A stretch of 64,000 nucleotides of DNA. It comes from the human T2T-CHM13v2.0 reference genome, Homo sapiens. Below the pieces are notes generated by a model that made no database searches, was not told the origin of the DNA, and saw only the letters and a list, made by a program, of their open reading frames with translations. Below, piece after piece: positions 49,676 to 64,000 of this stretch (position 1 is its first letter; the number at the start of each line of letters is the position of its first letter). The stretch is from NCBI RefSeq assembly GCF_009914755.1, contig NC_060934.1, one strand, 5' to 3'. Position numbers and translations under genes: made by a program.

Positions 49676-50879
49676 ACATACAACACTTTGGAAATTTCTT
49701 CATGACGCAATGAGGTAACAGAATGCCAAGATTATTTTTATAAATACTTTGGTTACTCAAACTTATCTGTATTTTATAATACTGATAGTATAATCATGGC
49801 TACCAATCCAAGTAAGCAGGTCAACAGGAAATCAGTAAAATAATCTTTTTCTCCACTTTTATAATATGGTATTGTATTCAAATAGCTAAATGTTAGAAAT
49901 TAATTTCCTTTGCTCATTGCCGTGTATCATCACAAACTGCAATGAAAATTTTAAGTGTTCTATACTCAAAGTCCTCTAAAATGCAAATATTTTATCTATT
50001 CTGCCTTTTATGCCTGCTCTTTAACCATGAGTACCGAACCTTGCTGAATTTCTGACATTATCCTCAACATCAGTTTAACTAGTTGCTCTAGTTTCATCTT
50101 GTAAAAATGTGGCAAGGTCAGCATGCTTGAATGTAACACTGTCAACCCCTGCTGACTTGAACTCCATGACTGCATATAGTTAGTTCCATAAAGACAAGTT
50201 ATATTCTTCTTTTGGGTATTGCTAAATTGCATGAATATATGTCTACAGATCTTGGGCTGCAGTGAAGAAACTCTTCTGAGGCATGTTTAGAAAATACCAA
50301 CACTTCAGTACATAGGTTTGTAATCAAACCTTTATTCTGTGGTGCCGTGGCCCTAGGGCTGCTTGACTTTAAAAATGAATGAGCCAAAGATGATGAGAGA
50401 CTACAGCTGGGAGACTCTACCACAGACATTAGAAACACAAATTCTGTTATGTAAAAGAAACAAATCATTGGGCACCAACATATTCTAAAGAAAAACTCCT
50501 TATTATTCACCTGCCTCTGCATTCATTGTACACTCACTAAGACTGGCTTCCAGCTATTAATTTTACAATAATAGGAAGGTTTATCTGAATGAGGGAATTG
50601 AATATTCCAGTTAATGGTAAAGAATATTACTTTTAAATTAATGCATCTACCTTAATTTATTCCTCAGTCTTCCATGAGTTAAAATGAATAAGTTGTTCTT
50701 AATCCAGGCAACAGAAAGTGCCTTGACAAAGATATAATTGCAGACATGCAAATTAAGTATCACATGCTGAACCTTGGGAAAAAATGTATGAAAATGTTGC
50801 CAAGCACTGAGACCGCCCAACAATCTCTATTGGTAAAGCAAACTCATCATTACCCTCTTTGTCACAACTGCATAGCTTA

Positions 50880-51400
50880 TTCAATTTTCATAAACTGAAC
50901 CTACCTATTTAACCAGCATACAGATCAATATATAGCATTTAGCAACTAATACACCCCCTTCCAGTCAATAACCCCCTGATAAGGGTTTATCTTACTATTA
51001 CATAGTTTTGCCTGGTTTTGATGCTTACACCAACAAAATTGTATAGTGCCTTATCTCTTTTGTGTTTGACTTGTTTCACTCAACATTATATTTGTAAGAT
51101 TCATCCAGACAGTTGTCTGTAGTTGTTCATTCTTATTACTGTATAGTAGTATTTCATTCTATACTATATCACAATGTATTAACCAATTGTCCTATTGATA
51201 TACTTTCAGATAGTTTCTGATTTGGAACTAATACAAATAGTGCTATCAGCTTGTTTTAAGATATATTTTTAGAAGTAGAGTGGCTATGTATGCGTGTGAT
51301 CAGCTTTAGTAGTATTGCCAAAAACTGGTCTTTCGAGGAGTTGTACTAGCTTCCCTTTTACAAGCAATGTGAGTTATAATTACTACCTATCTCCAGCAGT
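50880..51400 (-). mobile_element. Old L1ME-like 3' fragment
   Basis: ttgtttcactcaacattatatttgtaagattcatcca...tttcattctat motifs. Confidence 0.65.
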
Positions 51401-52714
51401 GCTTTATTATCCTCTTTTAATCTACAATAAATAGTATGTCCCTTTGTGTTTACCTAGTAAATTGATCTCCTACAAATATTTTTAAATAAAAATGTTATCA
51501 ACTAAGTACACAATATGTTGCATCAAATATTGTATTAAATTGCCATTGCTATATGAGCTTTTATGATGTATTACAGCAAATGATACAGAGATTTGGGTAA
51601 AAATTTGTATTCTAACCAATCACTGGCAAACAGCATGTTACAACAATAATTTCCTGGCAATTAGAGCCTTAACACAAAGTGGAAAATTTAGGAACTTACT
51701 TCATTTCTTTAAAACAAAAGAGAGAAATAATTTTTACCACACTTTAAAATATGAAACTCACTTATTCTAAAAGAAGTTCAGGAACTTTGATTAGAAAATT
51801 TAAAAGTCCCTAATGAGAATTCCTTTCCAGCTTGACAGTGATTAAAAGAATATCATCATTCAGAACATAGCTGTCCATGAATCAAAAATTCTTGTCTCTG
51901 AGAAAGAATGTTGAAGCCAATTATGCAAATGTGCAGAAGGGAGAAAGACAAGATTTCAAACCTCTTAATATGACCAAAGAGCACATTTTCAAACCAAACT
52001 CAGCTTTTAGGTTTTTATTCTATAAATCTATAAATCTTAAAAACAAAGATAAAACAAAAAATACATACACACCAATTTTCTGATGTTAATCTAAGACAAC
52101 TGTGACCCCTACTGTCCACATGTGTTTGCACATTTAAATTCTCAAGGCAAATTTCAGCATTGTTACCGAATATTCTTTGAGATTCTGATTTAAAAGGACA
52201 CTAGACTAACAGCCAATGCAAGATCTAAAAATATGCCTCTAATTCTTAAGAAAGGGACAATTCAGCAAAATTTAAAGGAAGTGTATATATGTCAGCATGT
52301 AATACCTCTACTTTTCCTCCAATCTTTCTCCTTCAGACTAGCCATGAGCATTGCACCTGTCCCTCTCATGCCCTCATTTGTGTACAGCTAACATTTTAAT
52401 ATGAAAAGAAGGTCTTGATATATTCAGTTTAAAGGGATATATTGAGAAAGGTTGTCTCCCACAGCAACTGCAACCCCTATTTTGATTGGTTGTTAAGGTT
52501 TCTTAGTTCAAACTCAGGAGTTAATACAAGTTTTTCCATGTACAGAAAGGTGCACTTACAGGTAGATTAAGTATATTAGTAAGTTCGCCAGATACCTGGG
52601 TGGGACTTTTATGTAACATTCAGTGAGAAAGGTGAACTGGACATCTCATCACACCAAAGCAATATTTATTTCCATGTGCAGTTTGAGATGAAGGGTGTAG
52701 AAAAATGGAATTGA

Positions 52715-52940
52715 TATTTAGTGAGCATCTTCTATTTAATAGTCACCATGCTAAGGTTTTTATACTTATTTTCTTAAGTTAATATTTGGAGCTTCATGAG
52801 CTATTGATTATTATGTCAACTTCAGAAAATCTGAGTGATTGCCCAAGGTTACATGAGGATTAAGTGGAAGAGCCAGGATTCAAACCCAAGTCTACCTGGT
52901 TCCAAAGCATAGGCTCTCACATTAAATGATTCTGCCCTTC
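52715..52940 (-). mobile_element. MIR SINE
   Basis: gtgattgcccaaggttaca...gagccaggattcaaacccaagtct. Confidence 0.75.
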
Positions 52941-53402
52941 ACATCCTATTATATTTAGGATTCAGAAAACAGCACAGAAAAACAGAGTGAAAAAAACAAT
53001 TTCTTCAAAGATCAATAGAACATGTTTTCCTAACTCTATGAATTAAAGTCAATAAATACTTATTTATTGCTACTATGTAGCTAAAATATTGCCTTATTCT
53101 AAAGAGAAATCAAAGGACCTTTTAACATCAAAAGTACATGTAAAGAACAAACGTAGGTAAGTCCCAAAGGACTTAGACAAAAATAGATAAGTCCCAAAGA
53201 GGGAAAATACTTAATAAACACTTGAAAACATGTTCAGGCCTTATCATTAAAAGATATACATTAAAATAATAAGGGGATAACAGTTTTCATTTTTCACATT
53301 GGCTAAAATTAATATTTTACCCTAGTAAGTATTTGTGAGGATATACAATATGGAAATTGATTGTGCTTTATGTGGCTGTGGGACTCTACGGTAGTTTAAC
53401 CT

Positions 53403-53582
53403 GCTGGGTGTCCTGTCTCATGCCTGTAATCCCACCACTTTGGGAGGCTGAGGCAGGAGGATCACTTGAGGCCAGGAGTTTGAGGCTACAGTGAGCTATG
53501 ATCCTATTACTGCATCCAGCCTGGGTGACAGAGTGAGACAACTTTTAAAAAAAAATTAAATAAAAATAAATAAATAAATAAA
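53403..53582 (+). mobile_element. FRAM/FAM Alu monomer nested in an old L1 fragment (about 53210-53710)
   Basis: tgcctgtaatcccaccactttgggaggctg...gaggctacagtgagctatgatc plus A-rich tail. Confidence 0.8.
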
Positions 53583-53711
53583 ATGGTTCAACCTGTTATA
53601 AGTTGGGGGTCAGTTTAGTAAAGTCTAATAAAATTGAAGAGGAACATATCCCATGATCCAGCAGTTTTATTTCTGATAACATAGCCTTAGAGAAATATAG
53701 CACCTTGTGCA

Positions 53712-53712
<1 letters not shown>

Positions 53713-53744
<32 letters not shown>

Positions 53745-54150
53745 TAGATAGATAGATAGATATAGATATATAGATATAGATATAGATATATTCTCTATAT
53801 ATATTCTATATCTATATTCTCTATATATATATTCTATATATATATTCTCTATATATATTCTATATATATATTCTCTATATATATTCTATATATATATTCT
53901 CTATATATATTCTATCTATATTCTCTCTATATATATTCTATCTATATTCTCTCTATATATATTCTGTATATATATTCTGTCTATATGTTGTATATATATA
54001 TTCTCTCTATATATTCTATATATATTCTTTCTATATATTCTATATATATTCAATATATATAGTATATATTGAATATATATATATTCTTTGCAGCATTATT
54101 TTATTCACACACACACACACACCCACACACACACACACACACACACACCC
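53713..54150. repeat. Compound (TA)n/(GATA)n/TATATTCTC minisatellite followed by (CA)n
   Basis: Direct reading. Confidence 0.95.
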
Positions 54151-54158
54151 CCACACCC

Positions 54159-55200
<1,042 letters not shown>

Positions 55201-56809
55201 TACTCATTCATAGCTGAAAGCTAAAGTTGAATTTCATTTTTTTGTAATCTGTAATAGAAAATGTGAGATTGCAGTGGGGTATTAATGCTAGTGCATATTG
55301 ATAGGTAAAATACAATGAACAGGTAGCATGTGATAAAGTGTAAAGAAGACAGAGAATTGCTAGAGCCAGTTCCTTACATGGGAAAAGGCAAGAGGATGTA
55401 GTTTGTGTAGAACGAGTGTGGTTTACCTTAGATAAAATCATGGACAGGACATTTTATGTGTGAGAGTATAGAAGAAGAAGTATTAGAAGTTTGAGAGAAG
55501 AGACAAAATTGTGAAATAGTTGTCCAGAAAAGTAGAAGAGTGAATTAACTAGGAAAATAAAGTAGGGTTTCCAAACAGCAGTAAAAAAGGCCAACCTGAG
55601 GTTAGTAGTCATGAATTTAAAATGAGAATGGAAATGTTGCATGTTTCCTACCAGTCATGTTTCGCAGTGCAGCTGCAGACCCAAGCAAGGGAGGCAAAGA
55701 TTTTGATTTAACCAGGGCTAAAACTTTTCCTTGGCAATCTAGAATTATATACTTTTCTATTTCATTTACTTACCTTTTAATTTGTGTGTTCATTCCCTTG
55801 GTGCATATATTCATGGTGACTGTAATATAAAATACATTGTCTCTGAGTTCAATCACGCCATATCTTAAATTACTTCATTTGTGACTTTTCAACATTTAAG
55901 GATTGATAGCTATTCATTATATACTGAAGCATACTCAAATCTCACCACTTGAATGCAATATACCAAAGAATTTTATTACATAATTCTCTATTTTTCTATT
56001 TTTTCAACCTGACCTGATTTGTCTCCAAGGGGGAAAATCTCAATAAAATATATATACTTTGCTTTCTGATACTACCTTGATAGTTTAAACAAATCACTTA
56101 AAGCACATGATATCCATTTTAAAGTCAGTGCAATTTTATTTTCAGGAAAATAAGATTCTTAATCCATAGTAGAATGTTATTATATTAAATATTTATAGAA
56201 TATAGTTTTATTACTGCCTTGGCCACTTTTAACTGATTTATAGATAGCAGAAATTTACTATATAATCATTTTGAAAATATTAAGGGACACAGCTACACCA
56301 ATCCATTATTGTATTACACATACTTTGAGTGTTATTCACTCATTTAAAAGTGATAATAACACAGCAATTTCAAAGTTTTTCTCTGTCACTTCAGGCATCA
56401 AGGCGTCTTGTAGCTTATTTCTCAATTGAAGGATGCATCATTTGGGGGCAGGGGCTTCAAGTCACAAAAGTATGTTTATGCTCTCTGTATATCCTTAACT
56501 TTTAAACTTAGAATAGTATCTTTAAACTTTTAAACTTACAAAGTATTACCAATGCATGAACATAAATTATCATATAATAAATCAGGACATGGACCAAATA
56601 GAAGATAAATTATTTTATAAATTGAAATCTTAGCAATATCCACAGTTTATTTATAAATCATTTTCTATTCTTCTAAAGTCAAAAATTATAGAAATATAAT
56701 GAATTTCTAAACTCTTCAAGGCCAAGACCTATGGTCTCAATAACAAAGAAATGCTATCCTTCTTGGGGATATATTTTTTTTCTCCAATGAAAATAAATCC
56801 TCTAATTCT

Positions 56810-59871
<3,062 letters not shown>

Positions 59872-60164
59872 AATCCTTTAATTCTAAAGAACTATATAAC
59901 TTAAGAGCTACAAAAGGCCACTTCATTCTTTATGTGGTATTTAGACTTTTATTGTTTTGACTGCCTTCCTGCAACCATATTCAGTTTTGCAAAATGTTGC
60001 ACTACAAAGTGGAAACAATTATTTAGAGAGGTTCTGACAAATACAATAAGACCAGTGGAATTATCATCTTCTTTGTACTGAACACATTAATTACTTCAAT
60101 CTAAATAATGCCTTGACTCTGACAACAACATCACAACGTGGACTTATTTGCGGAAGATGCTACC

Positions 60165-61015
60165 TATCTGGCAGTACCCTAGCAGGCTAGTTTGCTGACC
60201 TTGGTCCCATTGTGGATCTTGAAATTGCCCTATAATTGGCTCCAGCCCTTCTTAACTGTGATCTGAGAGCACACCTGCTTACCCAAGAACCTACCAGGAC
60301 ACATGTCTATCTGTGACCCTGCAGAGAGGCCTGAAGATCTCTGTCTCAGCTGTGGACCCTGAAACAACTCTGTGACTTGCTTCCGATATTGGCATCAGCC
60401 CCTTTCAGCCATGGGCCAGGGCACTACAACCTGTCCAGGGACCCACGCAGTGATCCATAGAGAGCCTTCCCAGAGACTCTGAGGTAGCCACAACCATCAG
60501 CTCACCTAGTCACAGGACCACGATCTATAAACCCTGAAGTGGGCCCTCATTCCAGTACCAGCCTAATGGGCCAATGTCCTGGAGACAGCCCCATGCACAG
60601 AAAAGTGCCTTAAATTAAGGCACTCACATAACCAAGATCCTTGAAGCAATCCCATTGACATGGAAACCTAACAGGAAAAGATTTTAACTTGCCAAAGCCA
60701 GTTTGTAAAGACTAAAAGAGGTGTTTACACCTTCAAATGCACAGACATTAATGTGAGGCCACATGGATAACAAAAAAAAAAACAAAAAAAAAATCAGGCA
60801 AACAGCACACCAACAAAGGAAACTAATAAAGCTCTGATAATTGAACCAAAAGAAATGGAGATATAAGAGCAGCTTGAAAAAGAATTCAAAATAATTACCT
60901 TAAGCTCCATGACGTGCAAGAAAATACAGATAGATAAATAAATAAAATTAGGGAAATAATGTATGAACAAAATGAGAAGCTTTAATAAAGAAATAGAAAC
61001 CATAAAAAGAACAGA
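60165..61015 (+). mobile_element. Old L1M 5' UTR/ORF1 start fragment
   Basis: aaatgcacagacat...aaagaattcaaaataatta...tttaataaagaaatagaaaccataaaaaagaac ORF1-type motifs. Confidence 0.7.
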
Positions 61016-61702
61016 AGTTGCCACCATTTATGCATTATCTCTGCACTCTTATCCATAGACATTTGATTCCATAAACTAGTACAACCCATTGTGTTTTTCA
61101 CTATTAAACTTCCTATTATTAAAGACAGTTATTTCAGTCAGTAAAGACCTTCATATTTTAATATTATTCATAAACATTTTTGTTTTCATTCACAAATATA
61201 ACAAAAGCATCTTTCATTCAGTTATTCAAGAGGTATTATCTAGTGTTTTCTGTGTTTTAGGAACTGTTAACCATATAGATTAATTCATCTCTTGCTCTCA
61301 TAAGGCTTACTTTGTTTTTATTCAAATAGATAATTTAAATTGCTGAAGGGAGCTGATGCAACAGCTCTTCTGACAAGTCATCCCTGTCCTCTAAGAACAA
61401 AGTGCCCTCCTCTGTGCTTCTGCAACCCAATATATATGCAGAATCCAGTATACAAGCTCTTTGTTCACAGCACTCAGCACAACATTGAACTCATGTGTGA
61501 TGTGTCTTCTCCACTACTGGATGCTGAATTTTGTATTTTTTTATCTCAGCATCTAAATCACCAAGTACGCTGTCTGGTTTCAGTACTTTCTGAATACACA
61601 TTAGCTGAGTTATTGAATTGGACAAACCAAAGTACAGAGACACGGAGCATGATACCCACTCAAAAAAAAATAAAGACTCTCCAGCTTTCTTCCCAATTAC
61701 CA

Positions 61703-61945
61703 CTTTTTTCAAAATAAATTTTATTGTCTATATTTAAGCTATCCAACATGGATGAACCTGGATGACACTGGGCTAAGTGAAATAAACCAGACATAGAAAG
61801 AAAAATATTATATGATCTTACTTATAAGTGGAATCTATAATAATTTTTTAATCAAATATACAGAGCTAGAAAATAAAACAATGGTTACCATGGGCAAGGA
61901 GGTGGTGAAGATGGAGGTAAGGGGATATAAAGTAGTAGATATTTG
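61703..61945. mobile_element. L1MA 3' fragment with an internal inversion
   Basis: Antisense terminal ~45 nt joined at CAACATG to a sense 3'-region segment (caacatggatgaacctgga...gctaagtgaaataaaccag). Confidence 0.7.
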
Positions 61946-62409
61946 GGTATTTTGGGGTTATTTTTCAGAAAAGTCTCTTTTCAAATCATAAAAAGTATTA
62001 AATTCGCTCATTTACTCACTTCTTTGTAGCTCTTTCCACATAGTTTCATATATGCTAAATTCTACATCAGAAAATAAAAGTATTGGTATTCTGAAAACAT
62101 TAACTCCTGTCTCTTTATTTCAGGAAGTCAGATTAAGTTTGAAAATCCTCATTTATTCTTGCTAGTTACTAGTAACATTTTATGTTATCCACTAAGATGA
62201 TTGGTATTAACCTAAAAGAAATTCAATTTTTACTGCAGTTGTATTTCTCAGAACATGACTATATCAGTTATTTTTATGTTGTTTCCATTTTCTGTATTAT
62301 TATAATTTAATAACTGGGGGATGCATATTTGGATGATAATTTGAGATCATTTCTAGGTCTGCAACATAACTAGATGAAATAAGAAGAAATTTTTGTTATT
62401 AGATTTAGA

Positions 62410-62725
62410 AAAAGCTGGGAACTAAGATGGGGCTATCAATCAGAGCGCCTCAATTACTGTCCACATGGCACCATCATATGGCTTGGGCTTCTCACAGCAT
62501 GGTGGTGGAGTTTTGCAAAGGGAGCACTCCAAAAGCAAATATTCCAGAGGACAAGCTCCAGTGTGCAAGTTTTATCCAGTCTTTCAATGCATGAAACTTG
62601 CTAATGTCCCATTGGGGAAAGTTAACCACCTGATAAAAACCAGAATGGGTAGAGGAGAGTTGTGCCCCCAGCCAAGAGGCAGTGGGAGAGGTCTACATCA
62701 GCTGGGAAGAGTACTTGGCCACTGA
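62410..62725. mobile_element. Old MLT1 MaLR LTR fragment
   Basis: ggcttgggcttctcacagcatgg...ttgctaatgtcccattgg motifs. Confidence 0.6.
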
Positions 62726-63279
62726 CACGGTTTAAAATTCAAGTACATGATACTAACAAAAATTAAAGCAACTTTCAGTTGATTTTGTCATTATTTTTAA
62801 GTTCTCTACAGACAATGCCAGCCTTCCAGGGCAGACTATCTCCTTTTGAGGACAGAGACTCCATATGGCATAAATACAGGAAGCATAGTTTCTTTAGGGC
62901 CACCAAAATAACAATCTGCCAAAAAGTTTGAAAGTTATTTTAAGACAAAAGTCAATAAGTTTGAGCAATTGATTAAATATAGAGAATAAAGGAAAGCAAT
63001 GAGTCAAAAGTTACAGTGAAGAGTGTCTAGCCTAAATGTCTTAGGGTATTGGTTGTCTCTCAAAATAAATAAGTAAACAATGATAATCCTGAGGCCAGGA
63101 AACATTTTAGTAACATAAGATGTGTTTAGTGAGAAATGTTGATAAAATTTCTCTGTAGAAATTCCCAAAATGTAATGAAAAATGTGTTTGCAATTTATGT
63201 CGGGGGGAAATATGTGTTGGAAATATTGAAGTGTGGAGAGAATAAAATGAGGAAAAGTGAAGAAAGATGAGGCACTGCA

Positions 63280-63545
63280 GCGGGGTGCTCACATTTCAAA
63301 ACTAATAGGATGGAATAAGTCAGGAAATAGGCTTAGTGAGAGGGCAGTAGAATCGAAAGAAACCAAAGAAGGAGAACATGTCAATAAGTAGTAGATAGTT
63401 AATTAGGCAAAATGCTAGGGAAAAAAAATAGTAATATCCAAAAATAGGCCAATTAACTTAGCTCTTGGGATGTCCCTTCTAACAAAACATTTCAGCTGAA
63501 TAGTGCGGAAAAGTCAAATTGTAAAAGGTTGAGGAGGAGCAATGA
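63280..63545 (-). mobile_element. L2 fragment
   Basis: Purine-rich L2-like sequence (gtcaaattgtaaaaggttgaggag). Confidence 0.4.
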
Positions 63546-64000
63546 CCATCTAACTAACTGCACCTGGCATTTGAGTGACCACTATGATGAGCTTACCATA
63601 CAATATCTTATTTAATACAACAACCCGGTGAGGCAGGTCAGAATCACATTTCATTGTGTCAAAAAAATTATCTGAAGCTTGGAAACACATAAAAGAGAGA
63701 CCTGGATTATTTTTCAGTGTGGTGCAGATTTGACTTTTTATTGTCTGAACAATTTTTGAGTTTGAGAGACACAGGTTAACTTTAAGATTTTGGCCCAGTA
63801 GAGATGAAAATAATTACTCTTTGGTGGAACAGATAATGTCTTTTGTAAATTAACTAGCTTGTGTCTAAAGTAGTTTCCTTGTAAAATTCTCAAATTGTTG
63901 ATTATACCTTTAAAATATTGTTTTGACTGGTCTTAATTGCAGTTTGACTGGTCCTTCTTTGCAGTTCCTTCATTGCATTCTAGAGGAAGTTGCTCTCAAG

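Noticed and set aside
53146-53200. Small tandem duplications (also about 56495-56545 and 63922-63966)
   Set aside because: Ordinary 20-30-bp slippage duplications.

Overview
AT-rich primate genomic DNA (AluY, LTR12/ERV9 and L1PA8-like elements point to a catarrhine or hominoid, probably human). It is intergenic or intronic: I recognise no host protein-coding exon, and most ORF-track entries are spurious or come from repeats. The main element is a near full-length but defective ERV9/HERV9 provirus (34557-44395, + strand) with LTR12-type LTRs, a tRNA-Arg PBS, gag-pro-pol-env, a PPT and a 4-bp TSD, inserted in a MIR. There is also a rearranged HERV-S/HERVL18 (LTR18) element (18360-21213), a solo LTR1-like LTR, MaLR LTRs, L1/L2/MIR/Alu copies and DNA transposon relics (MADE1, MER30, Tigger4a). 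The most interesting observations: (1) an intact 53-codon ORF with two hydrophobic segments between ERV9 pol and env, in frame with env and below the ORF-track cutoff, which is a candidate accessory gene or uORF; (2) the HERV-S element has two U5 ends in inverted orientation and a candidate 5-bp TSD, suggesting an aberrant DNA integrated as one unit; (3) several short local duplications, one with a hairpin at its junction; (4) the two ERV9 LTRs have different repeat structures. Repeat subfamily names come from recalled consensus motifs and need RepeatMasker/Dfam confirmation. Boundaries of old elements are approximate.
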